Of a stretch of 64,000 bases of DNA, positions 1 to 9,120 are shown one piece after another. This stretch comes from an uncultured archaeon. Lineage in GTDB: Archaea; Nanobdellota; Nanobdellia; Pacearchaeales; GW2011-AR1. The DNA lies in assembly GCA_902385655.1 (NCBI GenBank), contig CABMGO010000005.1:248693-312692 (forward strand), in the 5' to 3' direction. The translations under genes and the position numbers were made by a program. The notes under the pieces were generated by a model. It saw only the letters and a list, made by a program, of their open reading frames with translations, was not told where the DNA came from and searched no databases. Numbering within the stretch: position 1 is the stretch's first letter; every line of letters starts with the position of its first letter.

Positions 1-107
1 ATCCCGAATTTTAGATTCTTCAATGCAGTTGAGAGATAAATGTTTTTGTGAAAGAAATTTTCCCTTAACAAATGAAGCGGAAAATTGCCATTTTTTATAA
101 ATTCAAA

Positions 108-1076
108 TTAACTTTTCTTGGCGTTTATCTCAAATACAATATTATAATTTTTATCTCCAACACTAACTAGGTTCAAATTCGCTTGATCGCTAAAAGAAGA
201 AGAGTAATCTGAGCTAAGAACACCTTCAGGATAAATTGTAAGGCCGTAGAGAGTACCCGCACCATTATCAAATTTAATCTGCCAAATTTTACCCTCAGAA
301 TTTGCAACCTTAACAAAATCCAAAGAAGAAATGTAAGTTATAACTGCCTGCTTATTTTGGTCAGAACTAGAAGTTAAATAATTCTTGATTAATTCTTGAA
401 ATTTAGCATCATTGTTTAAAGCATAAATAGAACTTGTATATTTTGTATTTCCAATATCGGACGAAACAGGAGGGAGATTTGAATCAGAAGTTGAATCGGA
501 AACATGCGCTATAGCCAAGTTACCTTGGAGGTCTTTAGTAATCTTAATTTCATAAGGAACGACATCAATATAAGAACAACCTGCCTGATCTGCTCCCGAC
601 CCCAATTCAGGATAACATAAATTAGCAACAGTTATTTTTGGTTCAAGACAAACTCCGCGAGAATTACATAAATTTTTTTGAACACTATCTGTAACTCCCA
701 AAGCCTTATTTTTTAATGTCTCCCAAGGATGAAGAACATCTGTGCCGATATACCTAGGACAAAAACAAAGTTGAGTTCTATTTGGATAATTCATAAAAGC
801 CCATCTTCTTGGACCTTCAACCAAATAAAATTTTGTGTCTCCCCTATTCATACCGTCCATAATACCCTTAATCTCTCCAATTGATGCCTTTGCCTGCTCG
901 TATTCTGTATTTTGCATAAAAATAGAAACAATCTTAACAACTAATAAAACCAAAACAAAAATAACAACGACAGAAAGTATAACTTTCAAAGTCTCCTCAG
1001 TCATCCAATTTTGTCCTCTTTTTCCGCAGGAAAAATGGAAATCTTCAGATTTACTTTTTCCCAATCTTCGCATCAT
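108..1076 (-). CDS. Membrane-anchored extracellular protein with N-terminal TM anchor, function unknown
   Basis: 322-aa ORF; hydrophobic segment LKVILSVVVIFVLVLLVVKIV followed by a Cys-containing ectodomain. Confidence 0.6.
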   Translation of the reverse strand: MMRRLGKSKSEDFHFSCGKRGQNWMTEETLKVILSVVVIFVLVLLVVKIVSIFMQNTEYEQAKASIGEIKGIMDGMNRGDTKFYLVEGPRRWAFMNYPNRTQLCFCPRYIGTDVLHPWETLKNKALGVTDSVQKNLCNSRGVCLEPKITVANLCYPELGSGADQAGCSYIDVVPYEIKITKDLQGNLAIAHVSDSTSDSNLPPVSSDIGNTKYTSSIYALNNDAKFQELIKNYLTSSSDQNKQAVITYISSLDFVKVANSEGKIWQIKFDNGAGTLYGLTIYPEGVLSSDYSSSFSDQANLNLVSVGDKNYNIVFEINAKKS

Positions 1077-1136
1077 AAAATAATTATAGAAAAACAGAAT
1101 ATAAATCTTTTTATACCTCGAAACTAAAAGAGGTAA

Positions 1137-2516
1137 ATGAGAAAAACGCTTGCAGCAATTCTAACGGGAATTTCTTTAGCATTTGGAAATATGACTAGAG
1201 CCGATGATTTACCGACAGAAATTAATGTTAAAAATGGAAGATATTACACGACCGAACAAGTCATAATAGAAAGAAAGGATGACGCATTAAGAAAAGTAAT
1301 TGACAGAACCCAACAATCAGTTTACCTTAGAGGAATACAAAGTGACTGTCTAGTGTACATCTCATATTCAACACACCCTGTCGAACAAAATGCAACTCGA
1401 CCAAAACAAGGATTTTCAAGCAAGAGTAGAATATTCATAGGAGTACCCGAGGGAGTGAAAGTACAAGTACTTGAACAAAGAGCAGAAACTATTGGAAACT
1501 TTGACAAAGTAACTATGCAAGACTTAAGACCACTAGATGAAACAAAATGCGCCCAAACATTTTTGAAAATGGGAAATAATGGCCTAGATAAGTTAAGAGC
1601 ATATGACCCTATACAAAAAGCAACCGAGTCGTTAAATGACAGTATATTTCTTCTTACAGGAACCGATTTAAATTTAGAGGACAAAATTTCAATTTATGGA
1701 GGACTAAAAGCATTTTCAGATACTGTGGACAAAAAAGAAAAAGAAAGAGGAAAGTCAACTTTCAAGGGAGAACTTGAAATGCAAGAAATAGTATTATGGC
1801 CAAGAGATGCCGTATTTTCCCAGCCATCTGAAACACTGAGAGAAATAAATTTCAGAATAAATCCGGGAACATATTCCGGAGAAAAAATACCATTCACAGT
1901 TTATCAAAAACTAGTTTTAGGAAGAGAACCAACAGAAGGAATTGGAAAACTTGAAGCATTTTTTACAGGAGAAGTTGAAAATAAAAACGCGAAGACTCAG
2001 AATGGTAATAATGCTCCAAGTCAATTAGGAATTATAGAAGCACTTTCTGCCTTGCAAGGTTATTGGAAATATTCAGAAAGCCCGGGAGACATTAAACAAT
2101 ATTTAACCGTAACTGTTCAAGACAAGAATACAATAAACATACAAAACAAAGCAATAGGTCCATTCACTCGAGGAACAGCACAAGAAACAGTTTACATACT
2201 TTCATATGACTCTGAAAAGAAATTGTTCACAGTCGAAAAAAAAGGAATTTATCCAGAATTAGACGAAAGACAACAAGGAAAAATAGGTCCGATGGGCCTG
2301 AGAAGACTAACTGATCAAGAAAATAGAGAAATAAATACTAAAATAAATGACTTCCTTAACTGGTCAAGAAATTTTCCATTCGGAGACTTTGAAGGACCTC
2401 TAAATGGAGGGAATGCTTATACAATAAGAAAAAAACAAGAATGGGATCAGTATATGCAGTCACACCCGAATCTTTGGTGGGACGAAGAAACAAAACCCTA
2501 CAGAGAGAAAAAATAA
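1137..2516 (+). CDS. Secreted hypothetical protein
   Basis: 459-aa ORF with signal peptide-like MRKTLAAILTGISLAFGNMTRA. Confidence 0.65.
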   Translation: MRKTLAAILTGISLAFGNMTRADDLPTEINVKNGRYYTTEQVIIERKDDALRKVIDRTQQSVYLRGIQSDCLVYISYSTHPVEQNATRPKQGFSSKSRIFIGVPEGVKVQVLEQRAETIGNFDKVTMQDLRPLDETKCAQTFLKMGNNGLDKLRAYDPIQKATESLNDSIFLLTGTDLNLEDKISIYGGLKAFSDTVDKKEKERGKSTFKGELEMQEIVLWPRDAVFSQPSETLREINFRINPGTYSGEKIPFTVYQKLVLGREPTEGIGKLEAFFTGEVENKNAKTQNGNNAPSQLGIIEALSALQGYWKYSESPGDIKQYLTVTVQDKNTINIQNKAIGPFTRGTAQETVYILSYDSEKKLFTVEKKGIYPELDERQQGKIGPMGLRRLTDQENREINTKINDFLNWSRNFPFGDFEGPLNGGNAYTIRKKQEWDQYMQSHPNLWWDEETKPYREKK

Positions 2517-2518
2517 AA

Positions 2519-3883
2519 TTAAACAACAGTTAATTGAGAGTCAGCAACTTTTTCTGCAAGAACATTCCCAGAAGAATCATAAATGACAAACTTAAGAGAA
2601 TAAGTCCCGGCAGAACCCATTTTAGAATAACTCTCAAAACCAGAATGAGGGAATAAAAGATTATTTGAAGTTCTATCAATATTTTCCAAAGCATACTTTC
2701 CTGAAGAACTTCCGCCATTTTGATTAGTAAGCGTCACTTCTATTTTAACCGCCCGAGAGCAAGTTCCAGAATTCCTAAAATGAATGGAAGCGAAATAAGA
2801 TTCTCCAACTTTTAAGCTAGTAGAAGAAAAGCCAATATTTTCAATATCACAATTATCAGTGTTAATTATGGCTGCAGCCTTGCTAGGAATATTACATGTT
2901 GAAGAAGTATAATCTCCATTCGATAAATAAAGAGTAGTAGTACCGATCTGCATCCATTTAAAATTAGGATTCTTCGATTGGCAAGCGACCATTTTTTCAT
3001 GAACATCTAAGGAAGGAACATTATTCCCAAAGAAATAATATCCAACATATTTCGAGGGAATTCCATTATAAATATTCCGAGCAATATTTTCAGAAAGAGA
3101 ATAATCATTATTAGTCTTGTAACCTTGAAACTGATTAGGAGAAGAAATTATCTCTAATAATGTCAAACCACCAAATGCCTTTGCATCTTGATTACTTCTT
3201 GCATAAAGAACCCTATTTTGAGCAACCGCACCAACAGCCCCCATAGCCTCTTCTCCCTGATTACCTTCCTCTCCTTGCATCATTTGAGCAAGAGCAACAA
3301 TTTCTTCTTCATTAGTATTTTTTATCAGAGGTTTACAAAAATAAGCATGTCCTTCAAAACTGGCGCCATCGAGAGAAGAAAGATACGAAACCATAGTCTG
3401 AGGTCCAAGAGAAGTCAATTCATTAAAAAGACTATTTGACTTATCGAGATATCGAGGATCTATTTTAACAATATCATTGCTTACGGTACCAAAAACAGTG
3501 TCTCTGAATTTAAGACGCCACCAAGTTTTCCAATTGGCATCATCAACAACGATATCTGCAGTCCCATCCGTATTTTTTCTATAAAACAAAGGAGTAGCAG
3601 TTTCTCCTTTTGATCCCATATTTATTGGCCCTTCTTGCATATTTCCCGAACGAAAAACAAAACCAACAATCTCACCACCATTCTTACATGAAGCTGTTGC
3701 AATATCTGTACCATTGATTATCTCATCACCTATCTGACCCCCAGCATTTAAATCTGGAATTATTTTATATAAAAAATTAGGATTATAAGAAATAAAAATA
3801 CCTGCAACCACCAAAATAAGAATCACTCCGACAATCATAAGAGTAGTTGTATCTACGACTATTTGTGCAGATTTATTTTTCAT
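2519..3883 (-). CDS. Secreted/membrane-anchored protein with SleB-like cell-wall hydrolase-like region and C-terminal CARDB/Ig-like domain
   Basis: Contains EEIVALAQMMQGEEGNQGEEAMGAVGAVAQNRVL, resembling the SleB-type 'LAR.M.GEA.GE...M.AVA.VV.NR' pattern. The start is placed at MKNKSAQIVVDTTTLMIVG because the first 27 aa of the tracked ORF (to 3964) are encoded by a dispersed repeat. Confidence 0.55.
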   Translation of the reverse strand: MKNKSAQIVVDTTTLMIVGVILILVVAGIFISYNPNFLYKIIPDLNAGGQIGDEIINGTDIATASCKNGGEIVGFVFRSGNMQEGPINMGSKGETATPLFYRKNTDGTADIVVDDANWKTWWRLKFRDTVFGTVSNDIVKIDPRYLDKSNSLFNELTSLGPQTMVSYLSSLDGASFEGHAYFCKPLIKNTNEEEIVALAQMMQGEEGNQGEEAMGAVGAVAQNRVLYARSNQDAKAFGGLTLLEIISSPNQFQGYKTNNDYSLSENIARNIYNGIPSKYVGYYFFGNNVPSLDVHEKMVACQSKNPNFKWMQIGTTTLYLSNGDYTSSTCNIPSKAAAIINTDNCDIENIGFSSTSLKVGESYFASIHFRNSGTCSRAVKIEVTLTNQNGGSSSGKYALENIDRTSNNLLFPHSGFESYSKMGSAGTYSLKFVIYDSSGNVLAEKVADSQLTVV

Positions 3884-4108
3884 TTTGCGAAACCGTTTCC
3901 CTTCGCAAGTTTCGTCGAAGAAGAATGAAGTGACTTGCTCACTACTTTGTGAGTAATCGAGCAAACGCTATTGTTCTTGACAACTGCGAAGGTAATGAGT
4001 TTAGTGTTTGTCATTTTGCGAATCTGCCTCCTTTGCAAGTTAACGAGCTTGTCGAGTTAACGCTATCTAATTTGACAACTGCGAAGGTAATGAGTTTAGT
4101 GTTTGTCA

Positions 4109-4270
4109 TTAGCCGCCGTAATGGAACAAATTTTTTAGATAATCAACAGCAGAATATCCTTTTCCTTTCAAAATAAGAATTCCAGTTATAATGATAAAAC
4201 CGACCATAAGTGCAATAGCCAACCAAACAATAAACTCAATTTCAACAGCACCCTTTTTGAATTTTTTCAT
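4109..4270 (-). CDS. Small archaeal pilin-like protein (class III signal-peptide-like)
   Basis: 53-aa ORF MKKFKKGAVEIEFIVWLAIALMVGFIIITGILILKG...; KKGAVEIE + hydrophobic segment, not in supplied ORF track. Confidence 0.5.
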   Translation of the reverse strand: MKKFKKGAVEIEFIVWLAIALMVGFIIITGILILKGKGYSAVDYLKNLFHYGG

Positions 4271-4304
4271 AAAAAAAAGAAGCAAATAGTATTAATAAAG
4301 ATTT

Positions 4305-4418
4305 GTTCCGCAGGGGACAACTCTGGAGAATGGATTTTCATGCAGGACCAGAGTAAGTTCCGCAGGGGAGGACACCTGATCTTGGAGAGCGTAGAACTAA
4401 AACTTGCAGGACAGGTGT
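4305..4418. repeat. Two tandem structured elements of a short family (TGGAGA...TGCAGGA...)
   Basis: ACTCTGG/CCAGAGT stem at 4320-4326/4348-4354 and ACACCTG/CAGGTGT stem at 4372-4378/4412-4418 around shared TGGAGA and TGCAGGA strands. Confidence 0.6.
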
Positions 4419-4463
4419 GAATTTAGTAGGTAACTTTATATAATAATGAAGCTAATTTAGACT

Positions 4464-4991
4464 ATGAGAAATGTTATCCAAGCCACATTAGTGTCTGAAA
4501 AAATTTCTTCCAATTCAAAAGAGGCATTTGAACTTTTTGAAGCTCAAAGATTCGGAGAAAAAACAGGAGAAAAAATATTTTATACATTGCAAGAAACATT
4601 GTATCTAGTCCACGCCAAAAAAATGGAAGTTTTAGACTCTAAAGACAAACAAATAGTTGAAAGAGAATTATTAAAGAAATTTGAAAAACTAGATAAGAAA
4701 TTCAAAGTAAAATATTTTGCTTTCAAAGACTTAAGAGACAAAGGATATGTTGTAAAAACCGCACTAAAGTTTGGTGCTGAATTTAGAGTTTATGAACCTG
4801 GAAAAAATATTGGCGAAGAACATGCAAAATGGATCTTGTTCCCTGTCTCAGAAAATCAACAACTAACCTGGCAAGATTTCTCTGCAAAAAATAGAATCGC
4901 ACATTCAACAAAAAAGAATTTACTTATCGGAATTGTTGACGAAGAAAATCAGGTTTCATATTATGAAGTAAATTGGCTTAACATAAAATAA
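4464..4991 (+). CDS. endA: tRNA-splicing endonuclease EndA
   Basis: YFAFKDLRDKGYVVKTALKFGAEFRVYEPG, EHAKW and HSTKKN match the archaeal EndA catalytic Tyr/His/Lys context. Confidence 0.85.
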   Translation: MRNVIQATLVSEKISSNSKEAFELFEAQRFGEKTGEKIFYTLQETLYLVHAKKMEVLDSKDKQIVERELLKKFEKLDKKFKVKYFAFKDLRDKGYVVKTALKFGAEFRVYEPGKNIGEEHAKWILFPVSENQQLTWQDFSAKNRIAHSTKKNLLIGIVDEENQVSYYEVNWLNIK

Positions 4992-4992
4992 G

Positions 4993-6015
4993 ATGACAAA
5001 AATAGATGTATCTGAAGTAAAGAAGAAAATTTTACAAATACTAGAAAATGATGGACCTAGTGTGCCAACTCCCGTAGCAAAAAAAATAGGAATGCAACCC
5101 ATGTTTGCCTCAGCAATTCTTTCTGAATTATTGAATGAAAAAAGAATCAAAACAAGCTCATTAAAAGTTGGCTCCTCCCCATTATATTTTATTCCGGGCC
5201 AAGAACAAAGACTAGAAAGTTTTACTGAAAATTTAACAGGTGTTGAAAAAGAAGCATATTTAATTTTAAGAGATAACAAATTTTTAGAAGATACGCACCA
5301 AGAACCAAAAATAAGAGTTGCATTAAGAGGGCTGAAAGACTTTGCAATACCCATTCAACATAATGGAAAACTTTTCTGGAAATATTTCACAATTCCGAAT
5401 GAGAAAATAAGAAATGCTTTACTTGACGAAGGCGAAGTTGCCATAGGTGAAAGAGTTATGGGACAAAAAATATTACAAGATATAAAACCTGAGAATATAA
5501 AATCAAAAGAAGAGCAATTCGAAGAAGCAATGTTAAAATCAGAAAAAAAGCCGGAGGCTCAGCAGAGTCATCCCTTGGGGAAAGTAAAATCAGAGCCAAC
5601 GGCAGAAACAATCGTAAGTAATCCTGAAAGAATAACTGCTAAACTTGAAGAAAAAACAGAAACTCCTATCCTCGAAAAAATAAAACCTGGAAAAATAAAG
5701 AAGCTAACAGAAAAAGATTTATTCTTAGAAAATGTGAAAAGAATTTTATATGGAAAGAATATTGAAATTTTAGAAACAGTAAGCTATGATAAAAAGCAAG
5801 TAATTGCAAAAGCAAGAGTTAATGTGGATCAAACTTGTCTGTTATTCTTCTTTGATAAAAATAAACCAGAAGAAAAAGACTTAGTCAAAGCATACAAAAA
5901 AGCAAAGGAGTACAAGTTACCCTATTATATCATAACAAATTCGGAAGCTCCAAAAAAAATCCAAGAAAACATCGAAGTTTACAAACATCTTTTAGGTATT
6001 GATTCTGTTGAATAG
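4993..6015 (+). CDS. N-terminal winged-helix protein with C-terminal nuclease/sensor-like domain; function unknown; contains an in-frame double-hairpin element
   Basis: 340-aa ORF; KKILQILENDGPSVPTPVAKKIGMQPMFASAILSELL wHTH-like; EAQQSHPLGK insertion. Confidence 0.6.
   Translation: MTKIDVSEVKKKILQILENDGPSVPTPVAKKIGMQPMFASAILSELLNEKRIKTSSLKVGSSPLYFIPGQEQRLESFTENLTGVEKEAYLILRDNKFLEDTHQEPKIRVALRGLKDFAIPIQHNGKLFWKYFTIPNEKIRNALLDEGEVAIGERVMGQKILQDIKPENIKSKEEQFEEAMLKSEKKPEAQQSHPLGKVKSEPTAETIVSNPERITAKLEEKTETPILEKIKPGKIKKLTEKDLFLENVKRILYGKNIEILETVSYDKKQVIAKARVNVDQTCLLFFFDKNKPEEKDLVKAYKKAKEYKLPYYIITNSEAPKKIQENIEVYKHLLGIDSVE
5554..5583 (+). repeat. Double-hairpin coding element, copy 1
   Basis: gaggctcagcagagtcatcccttggggaaa, encodes EAQQSHPLGK. 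Confidence 0.8.
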
Positions 6016-6047
6016 AAAGGTCTTCAAAGGTATTAAAAAATAAACTA

Positions 6048-6143
6048 GAAAATTTTTATATTAATTATAACGGATAACTTTAGAAAATAGGGGTGGGCTT
6101 TTCTGCGTAGCAGAAAAATTGGGGAGATTATACAAAAATTTTC
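6048..6143 (+). repeat. 96-nt structured element, copy 1
   Basis: GAAAATTTTTATATTAATT...GGATAACTTTAGAAAATAGGGGTGGG-CTTTTCTGCGTAGCAGAAAAA-TTGGGGAGATTATACAAAAATTTTC. Confidence 0.8.
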
Positions 6144-6196
6144 ATTCAAAATTTCCTAACAAAAACCTTTTTAAAGCATCAAAATAGCATACTTAC

Positions 6197-6394
6197 ATGG
6201 GACGAATCAAAACAAAACCAATCAAGAGAGCATCAAGACAACTAGTTGAGAAATCAACTGATTTATTTACAGAAAGTTTTGACCAAAACAAAAAAGCTCT
6301 TGGAAATACAATGCCTAGTAAGAAAGTTAGAAACATGATTGCAGGATATATTGCAAGACTTAAGAAACAGAATAGAAAGTTAATCAAAGAATAA
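6197..6394 (+). CDS. rps17e: 30S ribosomal protein S17e
   Basis: MGRIKTKPIKRASRQLVEKSTDLFTESFDQNKKAL...PSKKVRNMIAGYIARL is characteristic. Confidence 0.85.
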   Translation: MGRIKTKPIKRASRQLVEKSTDLFTESFDQNKKALGNTMPSKKVRNMIAGYIARLKKQNRKLIKE

Positions 6395-6509
6395 TTCTAG
6401 AAAATTAATTGATTTTAAATATATATTTTAAAAAGTATATGTTACACTATATAATAAAATAAGTTAATCATATTCGACGAAACATTTATATAATAGCATT
6501 TCCTAAAAT

Positions 6510-6700
6510 AACAATGGTTGCAAATAACTGGAACGCGCATATGAATGTCTGCTCCAAGTTAGTCGGCACCAGATCAATTCTAGAGGTTTTTTACTGATTT
6601 CTGTCAGGGCCTTTAGATAATATTTCTCAAAACGATTTTACGGAAAACATCTGAAGGCCCTGGTGGCAACAATATTAGATTTCTAGAACAATTAAACACA
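6510..6700 (+). ncRNA. Candidate structured RNA / long leader upstream of small ORF
   Basis: TATA-like atttatataa at 6485-6494; 14-bp stem CAGGGCCTTTAGAT (6604-6617) / ATCTGAAGGCCCTG (6648-6661); outer GTTGC/GCAAC and TTCTAGA pairings. Confidence 0.4.
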
Positions 6701-6711
6701 AGGAGGAAACA

Positions 6712-6876
6712 ATGGAACAAAGAACGCAGTACTGGATAACAGAAGACGGAATTAGAGAGATTCATTGCGATCCTTCACAAGAGATGCAATATCGCTTTGA
6801 AGGTAGCAACACAGACGCTTCAAAGGTCGTCAAAGAGTCAGGACTAGAAGAGACGGCGTCGGATAATCTTAAATAA
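6712..6876 (+). CDS. Small 54-aa hypothetical protein
   Basis: MEQRTQYWITEDGIREIHCDPSQEMQYRFEGSNTDASKVVKESGLEETASDNLK; strong Shine-Dalgarno AAGGAGG 7-8 nt upstream. Confidence 0.5.
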   Translation: MEQRTQYWITEDGIREIHCDPSQEMQYRFEGSNTDASKVVKESGLEETASDNLK

Positions 6877-6883
6877 AAGCAAG

Positions 6884-6954
6884 GAGGGCGAACAATTCAC
6901 TTTGAACAAACTAGCAATAATTAAATAAACTATTGTGAAATGTAAATTGTGAGG
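6884..6954 (+). repeat. Family-1 hairpin repeat (TTCGCTTT...AAATGCAAA), copy A
   Basis: gcgaacaattcactttgaac...gaaatgtaaattgtgagg. Confidence 0.6.
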
Positions 6955-6960
6955 TAGAAA

Positions 6961-7104
6961 AATGAGAAGACAAACAGTCAAAATAGAAAGATTCGTAGAT
7001 GAATCTTCCGTGGAGGCCTACCAAGGTCATCCCTCGGGGAAAGAAGATATGAATTTTTCGCTAGAAGAGTCTAATTATCTAAAATTAATCAAGTGCTCTA
7101 ATTA
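6961..7104 (+). CDS. Small 47-aa ORF containing the double-hairpin coding element
   Basis: MRRQTVKIERFVDESSVEAYQGHPSGKEDMNFSLEESNYLKLIKCSN; element in same phase as in larger genes. Confidence 0.4.
7012..7041 (+). repeat. Double-hairpin coding element, copy 2
   Basis: gaggcctaccaaggtcatccctcggggaaa (EAYQGHPSGK). Confidence 0.8.
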
Positions 7105-7142
7105 GTTAAAGAACTAGAATATTAAATTTTTATTTATTTTTT

Positions 7143-7268
7143 TCCTTCCGCAGGGAAGGACACATGAAAATGGAGAGCGTAGAAAGAGAACATACAGGGC
7201 GGGTGCAACTCATGCAGATGAGGACTCTGGAGAATGGAGCATGTAGAGCTAAAACATGCAGGACCAGA
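7143..7268. repeat. Two further tandem copies of the 4305-4418 structured element family
   Basis: TTCCGCAGGGAAGGACAC...TGGAGAGCGTAGAAAG...CATACAGGGC and CTCTGGAGAATGGAGCATGTAGAGCTAAAACATGCAGGACCAGA. Confidence 0.55.
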
Positions 7269-7269
7269 A

Positions 7270-7509
7270 TTATTTTTTCTTAAGTTTCCCAAGTTTTTGA
7301 GAAGCAATTAGAAGGTCGAGTTTTTCCTCGATTCTTTTAATTCGTCTAGCATTCTTAATGTTAATTATTCCTCGAGTAATAAGAATGACAAGATAAGCTA
7401 TTGCAGCAATACCAACAATACGGAAAATGTCTACCAGAGGAGAGAGCTTATCTGCAATCAAAGGGTAAATGCTCGTAGAAATTTCTTTTAAAGATTCGTT
7501 TATCACCAT
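7270..7509 (-). CDS. Small single-TM protein, unknown
   Basis: 79-aa ORF, FRIVGIAAIAYLVILITRGII hydrophobic segment with charged C-terminal tail. Confidence 0.5.
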   Translation of the reverse strand: MVINESLKEISTSIYPLIADKLSPLVDIFRIVGIAAIAYLVILITRGIINIKNARRIKRIEEKLDLLIASQKLGKLKKK

Positions 7510-7543
7510 AACTAGATAAAAAAAAGGAGATTTATAAACTATT

Positions 7544-7650
7544 ATGGCTCGAGGGAGAATTGAACTCCCGACCCCTGCCTTTCTCCGAAGAGAATGAACG
7601 AATTCATTCGTACTTATGAGAGCAATGCTATACCACTGAGCTACCGAGCC
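7544..7650 (-). tRNA. tRNA-Met (CAT) with ~34-nt intron
   Basis: GGCTCGG...TCGAGCC acceptor; loop CTCATA|intron|A at 37/38; GTTCAAT T-loop. Confidence 0.8.
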
Positions 7651-7839
7651 TTCATTTTCATTTTATTTTTCTAACTCTTTTCCTCGAAAATGAAGGCGAG
7701 GGAAGAGATCGACTTATGAACACTAATTTAACCAATCGTCTTCTGTTCGGAAGGCAAGGCGAGGGCAGAGCCCAATTATTCAAAAATAGGTTGGTTTAAA
7801 AGTGTTTTGAAATAAGAACTCCTAGAAATTTATACAATT

Positions 7840-8292
7840 TTACTCAACAATCAAAGTTCCAGTTCCCATCCCCATCGAACAAGCAAAACGATAAGTTCCT
7901 TTTTGAGTTGGAGTGAACTCTACATAATCACTAGTTGTAGCAAGATATTTTGAAATACCTAGCTGTTGAATATTAAATGACCTATAACATCCACCAACAG
8001 AAGAGTCAAGATAAATCCTCACAGGTTGTCCAGCTTTAACAGTTATAGTATTAGGATAATAGTTATAATTCTTCATGCTCAAAACAACTTTCTGATAGTC
8101 TCCTGAAACAACATTTGAAGAAGAATTAGGAGTATAATTCTGAGAACCGAAATCAAAATATAAGAATCCTCCGACAAATAAAATTAAAACAACTATGCCC
8201 CCAATTAAATAAAGATTTTTCATGCAAATATTCCCCCTCTTGGTCCGAAGAGAATTACAAAAAAGGTTATCGCAGTTAAAATAATACTCCAA
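7840..8292 (-). CDS. Cupredoxin-like secreted/lipid-or-membrane-anchored protein
   Basis: NYYPNTITVKAGQPVRIYLDSSVGGCYRSF...DYVEFTPTQKGTYRFACSMGMGTGTLIV. Confidence 0.7.
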   Translation of the reverse strand: MEYYFNCDNLFCNSLRTKRGNICMKNLYLIGGIVVLILFVGGFLYFDFGSQNYTPNSSSNVVSGDYQKVVLSMKNYNYYPNTITVKAGQPVRIYLDSSVGGCYRSFNIQQLGISKYLATTSDYVEFTPTQKGTYRFACSMGMGTGTLIVE

Positions 8293-8906
8293 AGAATAAT
8301 AGAAACATAATTCTCGGCATGCTGTCTTTTTTCATTTCTCATTTCTTTGTAAATCATATAATTTAATGCAAAGATAATAATTGCAGAGATTACAAAAACA
8401 ATAATTGACATTGGAATTAGATGATCATTCAAAAGCATAATTGAAGTCATACTTCCCATCAAACCGCCCATAAAACCAGCCATTACTCCTTCCATTACTC
8501 CCATAACTCCACAACATTTACCATTCTGATAACCGAAGAATATTCCTAAAATCATTCCCCAAACCGCACCATAAAACATTCCATTTGTAGCAGCCAAATA
8601 ATATGAAGGTAAAAATCCAGCAACCATACCGATAGTCATTCCAATCATCATTCCAGACATACAAGGCATCATTTTGTAAGCCTGAACTTGTCTAATCGCA
8701 GGTAAAATTAAAGCATAAGATAAAATAGACATAAAGATAAAAAATATTTTATTTCCAGAGTCCGCTCCTCTTAAAAATAAAAAGTAAAGTAGAAAAAAGA
8801 TAGCAAAAGAACTAACTAAAGAAAAAAGAGAAGTCTTAAGTAACTCTCCCTCTACTCTATCTCCATTCAATTCTTTGATAAAATTACTGAAACTCATATT
8901 AATCAA
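8220..8906 (-). CDS. Multi-TM protein rich in Met/Cys, probably metal-associated
   Basis: 228-aa ORF, KMMPCMSGMMIGMTIGMVAGF...GKCCGVMGVMEGVMAGFMGGLMGSM. Confidence 0.5.
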   Translation of the reverse strand: MINMSFSNFIKELNGDRVEGELLKTSLFSLVSSFAIFFLLYFLFLRGADSGNKIFFIFMSILSYALILPAIRQVQAYKMMPCMSGMMIGMTIGMVAGFLPSYYLAATNGMFYGAVWGMILGIFFGYQNGKCCGVMGVMEGVMAGFMGGLMGSMTSIMLLNDHLIPMSIIVFVISAIIIFALNYMIYKEMRNEKRQHAENYVSIILWSIILTAITFFVILFGPRGGIFA

Positions 8907-9120
8907 ATAACCCTCCAGGAATATTTAAATTTTTCGTCGAAGAATAAGACGAATGAAACATCTTGGATGTTACTTGTGAAATAATCTTTCGCAATTTGCA
9001 TTTCAAATTTATTTAAGTTTAACATTTTACGAATCCGTCCCCTTTCGCAAGTTTCGTCGAAGAAGAATGAAGTGACTTGCTCACTACTTTGTGAGTAATC
9101 GAACAAATGCTAACATAATT

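Noticed and set aside
8903-9106. ORF starting MFDYSQSSEQVTSFFFDETCE
   Set aside because: Entirely produced by the dispersed repeat shared with 3881-3960; no independent coding signal.
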